Source of the DNA: an uncultured bacterium
Lineage (GTDB): Bacteria; Babelota; Babeliae; Babelales; JACPOV01
Length of the DNA: 64,000 nucleotides
Assembly: GCA_963744715.1 (NCBI GenBank)
Contig: CAVUUR010000006.1
Coordinates: 64,001 to 128,000, forward strand
Reading direction: 5' to 3'
The translations under genes and the position numbers were made by a program. Below are positions 1 to 9,800 of this stretch, in pieces. The notes below the pieces were generated by a model. It ran no database searches and was not told where the DNA came from. It saw only the letters and a list, made by a program, of their open reading frames with translations. Position 1 is the stretch's first letter; each line of letters opens with the position of its first letter.

Positions 1-801
1 TATGAATTACGCAATTCTGATTTAGTCGTTGAACAACTTATACGGCCAACGGGTCTGGTTGATCCGGTAATAGAAATTCATCCGCGCAATAATCAAATGA
101 ATCATTTAATTGAACAAATTAAAGCGACCAAAGAAAAAGGATTTCGATCATTAGTAATGGTAATGACAAAAAAATTAGCAGAACAATTGGCAACCTATCT
201 TGAAGAACACCATATTAAAGTGTGTTATCTGCATAGCGAAATTAAAACACCTGAACGAAGTGAAATTTTACATAAATTACGGCTGGGTGTTTTTGATTGT
301 TTGGTTGGTGTCAATTTATTGCGAGAAGGAATTGATTTACCAGAAGTTGCACTTGTGGCCATTATGGATGCTGATGTAGAAAGTTTTTTACGTGACAAAC
401 GTTCATTAATTCAGATTATGGGCCGAGCCGCACGAAACACTGAATCGCGTGTATTATTATACGGAGATAAAATTACTAAATCGATGCAAGCAGCGCTTGA
501 TGAATCAAAACGGCGTCGCAGTATTCAACAGGCTTATAACGAAGCCCATAATATTACACCAGAAAGCGTTAAGCGCGAAGTTGGTAAAACCATTTCATCA
601 TTACAAGCTTCCATTGCACTTGCTTCAAAGAAAAAAAGTAGTAAAAAAGAGGCTAAAAAATCATCGTTGCCTCTTGCTCAACAATTAGCAAATCTAGAAA
701 AAGAGATGCAAAAAGCTGCAGAAAATCTTGATTTCGAACAAGCAATCGCATTACGTGAGCAATGGCTTACCCTAAAAAAAAATGAAATGCCTACAAAATA
801 G
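1..801 (+). CDS. uvrB: Excinuclease ABC subunit B, 3' part (gene starts upstream of window)
   Basis: Frame open from base 1: EQLIRPTGLVDP, YLHSEI, VGVNLLREGIDLPEV, QIMGRAARN, C-terminal UVR coil (AAENLDFEQAIALR). Confidence 0.97.
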   Translation, partial: YELRNSDLVVEQLIRPTGLVDPVIEIHPRNNQMNHLIEQIKATKEKGFRSLVMVMTKKLAEQLATYLEEHHIKVCYLHSEIKTPERSEILHKLRLGVFDCLVGVNLLREGIDLPEVALVAIMDADVESFLRDKRSLIQIMGRAARNTESRVLLYGDKITKSMQAALDESKRRRSIQQAYNEAHNITPESVKREVGKTISSLQASIALASKKKSSKKEAKKSSLPLAQQLANLEKEMQKAAENLDFEQAIALREQWLTLKKNEMPTK

Positions 802-815
802 AAGTAAAATCTTTC

Positions 816-1187
816 TTAATAGATACTATGAACCTCTGAACTATGAAAATGATGCCGCATACCAGCAGAAAATTCTAACGTTACAATTTCTTGTTTCATT
901 TCATCAGAAAGTTTATCAAAACAAATTTTAAATCCATCTATGTCATGCGCAAAGGCACTTTTTTTTGCAGGAGTATGAAGTGTTGCCACTTTTTTAAGAA
1001 TAACATTGCGAGCCTTTGGTGTTATTATGTTAAAATCGATAACATCGGGATCAACTTTTTTCCCCCTAGCATTAGTATGCGGCTTACCTGTGACAAAATA
1101 CTCATCATCCCTATACTCCATTCCCTTAATATTGGGTATCATAGTTAAAATCGGTAGTATTATATATACTAAAAAAATATACTTCAT
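816..1187 (-). CDS. Hypothetical secreted protein
   Basis: ORF with signal-peptide-like start MKYIFLVYIILPIL...KGME; track ORF starts at 1211. Confidence 0.55.
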   Translation of the reverse strand: MKYIFLVYIILPILTMIPNIKGMEYRDDEYFVTGKPHTNARGKKVDPDVIDFNIITPKARNVILKKVATLHTPAKKSAFAHDIDGFKICFDKLSDEMKQEIVTLEFSAGMRHHFHSSEVHSIY

Positions 1188-1269
1188 AACATTCCTCTTT
1201 TTTTTATACAATGTTCTTTATCACCATGATAAAAATAATAAAAAAACGCAATAATTAAAAAAGAGTGTT

Positions 1270-3369
1270 ATGGAAAAAAAATATTTTTTTGGAACTGCCA
1301 GTATACTTGTGTTAATTTTTTGTATCTATTATCTTACCTTCACTAAGCAAAAGGCGTATAGCATGAATTATAGTCTCACTGAACCTCATAGTATGATTCC
1401 GGAATTATTTCCTAAAAATCCCCAAGATATTAATGACCTTGTTCATTGGATAAAAAAACAAACGACGGCCGAAATTAATAATATTTTAGCAATTCCTGAT
1501 AATCAACGCACTTTTGATAATACCGTGCGCAGACTTGATCAAGCTAAAGCATTTAATTTTTCAGTCCCTTCAAGTAGCATCGCGGTGTTAGCCTATGTAA
1601 GTAATGATGAACAAATTCGGAATACCGCACATCAAGCATTAATTTCTCTTGAAGAATATGCTATTGATACGTTTGAACAAAATATAGATCTTTATAATGC
1701 TGTTAAATCATATGCAGATACTCTCGTTGATGATAGTTCATCATTAACACAAGAACAAGACTATGCACTCAGAAAAATACTACATAATGGGCAACGCAAT
1801 GGTCTTCATTTGCCAGAGCAGCAACGCACTCGTATAAAAAAATTAAAAAAAGAACTTGCAACATTGGCCGTGGAATTTGAACGTAATATTAGTACTGATC
1901 AACGATCAATTACGGCAACCTTGGAAGAATTGCAAGGCCTCGATGCTGATTTTATCGCACAATTAAAACGGACTGATAATGGTCTTTATATTCTTGGCAC
2001 CGACTATCCAACCTATTTTATGGTTATGCAACATGCCGACAATCAATCGGTACGTAAAAATCTTTTTAGGCAATTTAGTAATCGAGCTCATCCTACCAAT
2101 TATGAATTACTCCAAAAAATCATTGCAAAACGTCATGACCTTGCAACGTTGCTAGGTTTTTCTAGTTATGCGCATTACAATATTGATACAGAAATGGCAG
2201 AATCCCCAGAGCGAGTAATAACATTTTTAAATAGCCTCATTAAAAAAGCCGCTTACAAAGAAAAACAAGAAATTGAACAATTATTGCAAGATCTTCCGCC
2301 TTCAATAACCATTGCTGCCAATAAAAAAATTAATCCGTGGGATAAAGATTATATTAATGCATACTACAAAAAAAAGCATTTCGATATTGATAATAGAGAA
2401 ATAGCAAATTATTTTCCTATGGAACATACGGTAAAAGCTCTATTATCGATATATACCTCATTTTTCGCTATTGAATTTGATCAATTACCAATACAAGGTT
2501 TGTGGGATGAACAGGTGCGCCTCATTCAAGTACGCACAACAGATAATACTATACTCGGTTATTTGTTACTTGATCTATTTCCTCGCCCTAACAAATTTAC
2601 TCATGCTTGCCAAATGACCGTAATTCCCGCATTAAAAGAAAATGCCACCATGAAACCTTCTCTAGCGGTGGTGTTGGCCAATTTTCCTAAACCAAGCGAT
2701 GATAAACCATCGTTACTTCCTCTTGAAGATGTAAGGACCTTCTTTCATGAATTTGGCCATGCATTACATGCAATTTTAGGTTCAACTGAATTGGCCTCTT
2801 GTTCCGGTACCAATGTAAAAACTGATTTTGTAGAAATGCCATCGCAGATGCTCGAACAATGGTTATGGGATCCTGAAATATTAAGAAAAACCAGCAGCCA
2901 CTATAAAACGGGACAATCGTTGCCTGATCAACTTATAGAAAAAATTATTGCTTTAAAACATTTTAGCACCGGTTCATGGTTAACGCGGCAATTATATTTT
3001 AGTTCACTTTCACTCTATTCTTTTATGCCTAATAATATAGAATCCATCGATACTATGTCCAAAAAATTATACGAACGCATTCGCATGCATGATTTATTTG
3101 ATTCTGAAGACCATCACACCGCATCATTTGGCCATTTGATGGGCTATGGAGCGGGATATTATGGTTATTTATGGGCATTAGTTTTTGCCCATGATTTATT
3201 TGCTCACATAAAAAAAGAAGGCTTATTAAATCCTGTTATTGGCACCAAATACAAAGAAAAAATACTGAGTAAAGGTGGCAGTGATGATCCAGAAAATCTT
3301 TTGGAATCATTTTTAGGAAGAAAGCCAAATGAACGCGCTTTTTTAAAAAATATGGGATTTATCAATTAG
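1270..3369 (+). CDS. M3 family Zn metallopeptidase (thimet oligopeptidase/oligopeptidase A-like) with N-terminal signal/anchor
   Basis: TFFHEFGHALH zinc motif, DFVEMPSQMLE, SFGHLMGYGAGYYGYLWA, FLGRKPN. Confidence 0.93.
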   Translation: MEKKYFFGTASILVLIFCIYYLTFTKQKAYSMNYSLTEPHSMIPELFPKNPQDINDLVHWIKKQTTAEINNILAIPDNQRTFDNTVRRLDQAKAFNFSVPSSSIAVLAYVSNDEQIRNTAHQALISLEEYAIDTFEQNIDLYNAVKSYADTLVDDSSSLTQEQDYALRKILHNGQRNGLHLPEQQRTRIKKLKKELATLAVEFERNISTDQRSITATLEELQGLDADFIAQLKRTDNGLYILGTDYPTYFMVMQHADNQSVRKNLFRQFSNRAHPTNYELLQKIIAKRHDLATLLGFSSYAHYNIDTEMAESPERVITFLNSLIKKAAYKEKQEIEQLLQDLPPSITIAANKKINPWDKDYINAYYKKKHFDIDNREIANYFPMEHTVKALLSIYTSFFAIEFDQLPIQGLWDEQVRLIQVRTTDNTILGYLLLDLFPRPNKFTHACQMTVIPALKENATMKPSLAVVLANFPKPSDDKPSLLPLEDVRTFFHEFGHALHAILGSTELASCSGTNVKTDFVEMPSQMLEQWLWDPEILRKTSSHYKTGQSLPDQLIEKIIALKHFSTGSWLTRQLYFSSLSLYSFMPNNIESIDTMSKKLYERIRMHDLFDSEDHHTASFGHLMGYGAGYYGYLWALVFAHDLFAHIKKEGLLNPVIGTKYKEKILSKGGSDDPENLLESFLGRKPNERAFLKNMGFIN

Positions 3370-3407
3370 CGCAAGACCTATTATTTTTTACCTATTTATT
3401 TTAGCTT

Positions 3408-3761
3408 TTAAACGTTGGGTCTAAAATAAACCGTACAGTATTTACTGAATCCAGGTAGACCTTCTAAATTAACCGGATTGTTATATTTAGTAATAATTTC
3501 AGCGCCACGAGGAATTACATTTTCTTCGCATGTTTTTGCAACGATATCCGAATGCTTGCTAACAAGGTTAGTGAAGAAATCATCAATTTTTTGATTAGAA
3601 TAACCTTTACTTAAAGCTTCACCCATAAAAGTTTTAACCTCTTCCTTAATCATGCTTTTTGCACGTTGCGTAATAATGTTACTCATATTTTCTGTTTTTT
3701 GTGCATACGTTACTGATGCCATCATCAAAAAACTAAGAGTTATTAATAGTGTATAACGCAT
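3408..3761 (-). CDS. Secreted hypothetical protein, single-domain member of paralogue array A
   Basis: Signal peptide MRYTLLITLSF with RBS AAGGA; motifs KIDDFF..C..KYNNP..CTVYF shared with the three neighbours. Confidence 0.75.
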   Translation of the reverse strand: MRYTLLITLSFLMMASVTYAQKTENMSNIITQRAKSMIKEEVKTFMGEALSKGYSNQKIDDFFTNLVSKHSDIVAKTCEENVIPRGAEIITKYNNPVNLEGLPGFSKYCTVYFRPNV

Positions 3762-3829
3762 AGTATTTTCCTTTTTTAACAAATGTATCTTGTCTATCCA
3801 ATTTTTCACTGCTCTTTTAAAAAACAAAT

Positions 3830-3860
3830 AAAGCTGCCCTTGAATAATAAGAGCAGCTTT
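3830..3860 (-). terminator. Intrinsic terminator hairpin after 3872..4564
   Basis: aaagctgccctt-gaataat-aagagcagcttt inverted repeat (G-U pair on minus strand) with T-rich tail. Confidence 0.7.
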
Positions 3861-3871
3861 TCTATTAACTA

Positions 3872-4564
3872 TTAGCTATTAGCACTGGCTGAAGGTTGTG
3901 ACATACTTCTATAAGGAGTAGTGTTGGTGAAAAATTTACTCATGTAATTATTAGAATTAGATTTACGTAATTTTACTGGCTTACCTTCTGTTCCAATAAG
4001 TCCGCTTGTATGGAAAGGGGTTGCATATACTTCAACTTCTGCTAAACCACCACCAGTAAGTCCTGCTTTTCCGCTCTTATTTGGGTTATTATAACGCGCA
4101 ATTGGCTCTTCATTAGGTTTTTGTACACCACCTTGAGTCACTAAGGTTACTTTTCCTTGCTTTTGTAATTTCATGAAAAATGCATTAATTTGATTTAATA
4201 TACTTTGTTCTTCTCTGCTTATTTTTGGCTTGTTCAATACAACAACGTTACTTGTTTGTTGAGATCGACCTATATTGGTACTACCGGTAAAGAATACCTT
4301 ACAGTTTTCTGCTGATCCTATCGCTCCGGTATAATCAGGATTTTCAAAGACAGCAATTGCCTTGCCTTTTTGCAGAACACTGCCGCCATGACAGTCAACG
4401 GTGACAATATTTTTATTTCCTTCAGATAAAGACTCGAAGAAGTTATCAATTTCCATCAATAACGATTTATTTAACGTAGATCCTTGATCTGCCAATGCTA
4501 TCTGATTATTGCTCACCAATAATCCTAACATGGCAAAAGTCATTATTTTTAATAGATTTTTCAT
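3872..4564 (-). CDS. Secreted hypothetical protein, paralogue array A (two-domain)
   Basis: Leader MKNLLKIMTFAMLGLLVSNNQIALA; two copies of the I[DN]xFF...[YF]xNP...V[FY] unit. Confidence 0.85.
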   Translation of the reverse strand: MKNLLKIMTFAMLGLLVSNNQIALADQGSTLNKSLLMEIDNFFESLSEGNKNIVTVDCHGGSVLQKGKAIAVFENPDYTGAIGSAENCKVFFTGSTNIGRSQQTSNVVVLNKPKISREEQSILNQINAFFMKLQKQGKVTLVTQGGVQKPNEEPIARYNNPNKSGKAGLTGGGLAEVEVYATPFHTSGLIGTEGKPVKLRKSNSNNYMSKFFTNTTPYRSMSQPSASANS

Positions 4565-4672
4565 AAAAACTCCTTTTTAGAAAAAATTAATATAGTTTAC
4601 CTATAACATTTCCTTACTATTATGTATTTAATTTAATACCAATATTGCTTAAATTAAATATATCTAATAATA

Positions 4673-4730
4673 ATTATACAGTTTGAAATAATTAAATAGC
4701 AACAATTTTTTACTATTTTTTCTGGGATAT
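4673..4730 (-). promoter_or_regulatory. Duplicated promoter region, copy 1 (TTGCTA-18-TATAAT on minus strand)
   Basis: Near-identical to 6139..6197; upstream of 3872..4564. Confidence 0.65.
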
Positions 4731-4803
4731 TCCTACAACCATTAATAAAGGCGTAAAATAGGCATTATTTCTTCATTGGTGCATGAATTGGGATAACGTG
4801 TAT

Positions 4804-5448
4804 TTATTTGATATTTTTAGGGGTCGCGAATACTAAAATTTCTTCTCGAGCATTGCCGATTAATGTTGATCCTTTGACGTAATTTGGATTATTATAACGG
4901 GCAACTGGATCTCCACTAGGTATCTGTGTGCCCACTTGGGACACTAGCGTTACTTTTCCCTGCTTTTGCAACGACATAAAAAAATCATTAATTTTCATTA
5001 ATACTGCCTTTTCTTGCCCACTCATTTTTACGTTGCTAGCATTAAAAAATACTTTACATTCTTTTTCAAATGGGTTACCAAATTCATCTGTACTTACATT
5101 ACCAAATTGAACTGGTTTATAATTTGGATTATCGTAACGGGCAATTAAGTTGCCCATTGAGACATTCTTTTCAATTGGATTACCAAGTTGATCAAATGAT
5201 ACACTAGGATTTTTGCCACAATTAATGGTAATGTCAGCTTTTTTAAGTGGCTTGCCAAATTTATCAACTGGGTTACCAAATTGATCAAATGATACACTTT
5301 GTTCTGGAGTAACTAATGATTTAAAGAATTTATCAATCTCCATTAATAAATCTTGATTCTTTACCTTAGTTTGAGCCAATACTATCTGATTGCTACTCAG
5401 CAATAACCCTAGCATTGAAAAAGTTATTATTCTTACTATCTTATTCAT
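4804..5448 (-). CDS. Secreted hypothetical protein, paralogue array A, with three D[QE][FL]GNP insertions
   Basis: Leader and C-terminal domain near-identical to 5542..6054. Confidence 0.85.
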   Translation of the reverse strand: MNKIVRIITFSMLGLLLSSNQIVLAQTKVKNQDLLMEIDKFFKSLVTPEQSVSFDQFGNPVDKFGKPLKKADITINCGKNPSVSFDQLGNPIEKNVSMGNLIARYDNPNYKPVQFGNVSTDEFGNPFEKECKVFFNASNVKMSGQEKAVLMKINDFFMSLQKQGKVTLVSQVGTQIPSGDPVARYNNPNYVKGSTLIGNAREEILVFATPKNIK

Positions 5449-5541
5449 ACAAAATTCCTTTTTTTATAACACATCAACAACTATCCTATTCCTGAGGCAC
5501 ATTAAAAATGCATAAACAACAAGATTATTGCCAATGTCACC

Positions 5542-6054
5542 TTAAGGCTTCGCGAATACTAAAACTTCTTCTCGCGCACTTCCAATTGACGTTGATCCTT
5601 TAACGTAACTTGAATTGTTATAATGGGCAACCGGATCTCCACCAGGTATCTGTGTGCCCACTTGAGACACTAACGTTACTTTTCCCTGCTTTTGCAACGA
5701 CATAAAAAAATCATTAATTTTCATTAATACTGATTTTTCTTGCTCACTCATTTTTGCGTTTGCCTTATCATCTAAAAATACTCTACATTCTTTTGCTTTG
5801 CCTAGCATCGCCATCACTCCAGCCCCTTCTGCCTGCAGATATTTTAAATTACTATAACTAGCAATTGCATCATTATTATGCATATTAGTGGGCAATCGAA
5901 CACCGCAATAAACAGAAACACCTGACAATGAATTGAAAAAATTATCAATTTCCTTTAATAAATCTTGGTTCTTTATCTGAGCCAATACTATCTGATTGCT
6001 ACTCAGCAATAATCCCAGCATTGCAAAAGTCATTATTCTTACTATCTTATTCAT
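5542..6054 (-). CDS. Secreted hypothetical protein, paralogue array A
   Basis: MNKIVRIMTFAMLGLLLSSNQIVLAQ; KINDFFMSLQKQGKVTLVSQVGTQIP. Confidence 0.85.
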   Translation of the reverse strand: MNKIVRIMTFAMLGLLLSSNQIVLAQIKNQDLLKEIDNFFNSLSGVSVYCGVRLPTNMHNNDAIASYSNLKYLQAEGAGVMAMLGKAKECRVFLDDKANAKMSEQEKSVLMKINDFFMSLQKQGKVTLVSQVGTQIPGGDPVAHYNNSSYVKGSTSIGSAREEVLVFAKP

Positions 6055-6138
6055 ACCAAAATCTCCTAATACTTTTTATCGCTACTATAGAATTAAATTA
6101 TTTTATAATAAATTTTAATATAATTTTATATCTACTAT

Positions 6139-6197
6139 TATTATACAGCTTGAAACAATAAAATAGCAATAGTTTTTACTATTTTTTACTGGATATG
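6139..6197 (-). promoter_or_regulatory. Duplicated promoter region, copy 2
   Basis: attatacagcttgaaacaataaaatagcaa...tttactatttttt matches 4673..4730. Confidence 0.65.
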
Positions 6198-6264
6198 TTC
6201 AACGTGGTTCGTTACACTAAATGCAAAGAATTTTTATAGTTACTATTATGGCAAAATCTGAACT

Positions 6265-6864
6265 ATGCATAAACAACAGGGAATAATTTTAAAAACATAT
6301 CTACCCAAAAAACAAAAAATTTCTCTTTTTGATTATGCAAGGGGGAAAATTACTGCTATTGCTTATAATCCTAATGCTTTTGAGCGTTTAAGTGCAGGTT
6401 TTTTTATTGAATATTATGCAACAGAACGGATTACGGCCTATGAACTAGAAGCAATTGATATTGTGCATGCCCCCTTTGCATTAGCGCAGCATAATATTGT
6501 TTTTTTACATCATATTCTTGAACTGTGTTATTATTTTCTTCCTGAAAACTGCGCAGCGCAAGAATTATTTAATTTGGTATATTTTTTATTGAGTTCTGTA
6601 CACAAAATAGAATATACTTTATACAAAAAAATATTTTTAATGAGATTTTTTATTTACTTAGGAATGTATCCTCAGGATCAACAATTGCAAAGTGCAGCAA
6701 TGAATCAATTACTCTATGGATCTTTTGAACATATAGATGATAATCTTACTATAGTTGAACATAAAGCACTCGAACAATGGTTATTTAGTTGCATAAAGGA
6801 ACATCCACAAAAAAGTCACTTCAAAACAATAATTGTCGGACAAGGCGATATTAACCATGAATAA
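6265..6864 (+). CDS. recO: DNA repair protein RecO (divergent)
   Basis: N-terminal OB-fold pattern QGIILKT..ISLF..GKITAIA; ELCYYFLPE; FLMRFFIYLGMYP. Confidence 0.75.
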   Translation: MHKQQGIILKTYLPKKQKISLFDYARGKITAIAYNPNAFERLSAGFFIEYYATERITAYELEAIDIVHAPFALAQHNIVFLHHILELCYYFLPENCAAQELFNLVYFLLSSVHKIEYTLYKKIFLMRFFIYLGMYPQDQQLQSAAMNQLLYGSFEHIDDNLTIVEHKALEQWLFSCIKEHPQKSHFKTIIVGQGDINHE

Positions 6865-9800
6865 AACAAGATTTTTTTTCATACATATTTTACTTTTTTT
6901 TCAAACCACTAATTTTTGCAGCACTATTTTTGATTCTGCAAAGACATTATTTGTGTTAGGCCGCAATGAACATGAAGAACAACTCAATCACTTAAAAAGT
7001 GAGTTCGCTACCCTACAAACAGCAAGTCAAGAGCAACTTAAAATAGTTCAAAAACATCTGGATCAAACAACCAGAGAAAACAATGATATTAAAAATCAGA
7101 TAAAAATTTCTGAAACCGACCTTAAAATGGTTGATTTTTTAAACAAAAAGCAATCCATTCTTAATGAAATCAATCAAACCTTATTTAATATTCAGTTTTT
7201 AGTTAAAGAAAATGTAAGTACGATAGAACAGCATATAAAATTATTAGAAGATTATAAAAAGGACCCTGGATTTACTTCGCTTACGCTTGAGCCCCGTTCA
7301 TACTATACATTTGATTTTGTTAAAAATGCGAATCGCAAGGTGTTGTATCAAGAAGACACCCTTAGTCAAATGCAGGCACAAAAAACTGATGCTCTTGTTG
7401 AACTTGATAACCGAAAGAAAAAGCTTACTACTGCCATTAAAGAATCTCAGGACGCTAAAAAGGCACAAGAAGAATTCAGTAGCAAGGCTGCTACCGCGCA
7501 ACAAGAAACCGGCACAGAATTTAATTTCCATCAACGTGGAGAACTACTTGATTTAGAAAGTAAATTAGCCAATTATGAAAAACAACTTGCTGCATTAAAA
7601 GTACAAGAAATTAATCGCAGGCTTGCCTTAATCAATACCAAGATTTTCGTAGAACAAGAAAAATTAAAAATACTTAAAGAAAACCTTGATAAAGCAAAAT
7701 CAGGACTTCGTGTTGCTGAATCTGAAGTTATGCAAGCTCGTGAAAAACTTGATAAACGAAAACAAGAATCACTAGCAATCAAAGACACTCGTTATGCTGA
7801 AATAAAAACTCTTTCGGCACAGCGTGAAAAATTAAAAAAGGAACTTGAGTATCTTGTTAAACGCTATGGTATTACGGCAGGACATGATGTAACCGCATGG
7901 ACCCTCGATACAAAAACTATTGATTCCTATAGCACGTTGGGTGAAATGGGGTATAAAAATGCACAAATCCAATTGCTTGATAGAAAAATAGATTATTTAC
8001 GGGCCAAAATTGAATTAGAAGAAATAAATTTCAATCGTGAAGAAATTAATGCCAATATCTTAAATACCTGGTACAAAATAAAACAACGCAAATTTAAAAG
8101 TAATAATGAAATTTTGGGTGAGATAAAAAGATTTAAAGAAGCTTATGAAGAAGCCAACAGGGAATCAATTCTTTTTCAAGATAAACGAAACGCTTCAACC
8201 GCATTGCTCGCTATTCAAAATAAAGAACTTATCAATCTTAGAAACTTTATCCAAGAAGTAGACACTGAAAAAGAACAGCTCTTTAAAAAATATCCAACGC
8301 GCTATGCAACGTTAAGCATCCGTTTACATGAATCTGAAAAAATTATTGCTGAACAAATAGAAAACAACAGTAAATTAATCGAAGCCTATTCGAGCTTAAT
8401 TGCGACTTTTGATGAAACTATTAAAGAATTAAGTTTTATTTTAAATGAACTCGAAACAAAGAGTATCTGGCAACGTTCGGAATATGCAATTTCATGGCAA
8501 GGCGTTAAAAATATCATTCCGGATATTATTTACTTTATGGTTGACGTTGAGCAGTTAGGTGCCCTTTATATTATGAATATGAGCACCAGCAATACCATAC
8601 TATGGTTAACATCAATAGTGCAAACGCCGACACGCATCATTATCTACCTTTGTATACTACTTATCTTGATACTACTTTTTGTATTACTACGGTTATGGTT
8701 GGCAAATTTACAAGATTATTTTCTCGCCCTTAAATTCAGAAATAGGATTCTATCGTTATCGAGTAAAGTTTTAAGCGCAATTTGTTCTTTTTTACATGCC
8801 CATTTTGTTTCATTTTTTATATGGCTTGTTTTATTTGCAGTAATCTATACCGAAATGATCTCTGAACTCTTCCCCCGCATCATGTTTTATCTGATATCAA
8901 TTCCGTATTTATTATACTTATCAACCATGTTTATACGCTTTTTAATTCAGTTCAATGAAAAACATCGCATGATTTTATTTGGTAAGCATTTTGAGCGTAG
9001 ATTTGTTATTGTGTTTTCTCTTTTTGCTTATGTTACCATTGTTATTTTGTTCTTCAGAGAAGCATTTATTCTGGTCACCCTACATAAATCTGAATTGCCC
9101 ACTATTTTATTAGCAATGTACTCAATCTTTTTAAGAACCCTCATTATTTTCTCCATAGGAAAAGAAGAGGTATTATCGCTCATTGCTAACCGTAGCGGTT
9201 TCTGGATGTGGATTTCGCCGTACGTTGATACGTATTATTATCTCCTGTTGATTTCCATTATCGGCATTATGATCATAAGTGATCCTTATGTTGGTGGCTA
9301 TGGTAATCTCGTATCCTATATACTATGGGGCGTCGTAGGATCTCTCATCTTACTTAAAATATTTTTTACCATGCATTTATATTTCAAACGCATGTCAGTA
9401 AAAATATTTTTCGATACTGATGAAGAAGTAATGCATAAACGATTTGCGTATGCAAAAACAGGGTATGGTCTCTTTGTTATTACTCTTTTTATTATCTTTA
9501 CGTTAGTAGGTATTTTTATTGCTACTAAGATCTGGAATGTACCAATTTCACTTCATGATATTGCACAAATGTCATATTTCCCTTTATTTGATACGGGCTT
9601 TGATAAAAATACCGGCCAGGTAATTTGGTTTACACCACTCAAGTTTTTTATCATTATCGCATTTATTTTAGGCGGATTTATTTTTGCAATAATAGTTAAC
9701 CGTTACATATTGCGTTTTATATTTGATTTATTACCGGTTGATCTTGGCGTTCAGAATACCGTAGTAAGCATTACTCGTTATCTCATTATTGTTATTGCCA

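Noticed and set aside
7287..7788. Short ORFs inside the MscK-like gene (and similar ones within secA, hisS, mraY and tamB)
   Set aside because: They overlap well-supported long genes and have no motifs of their own
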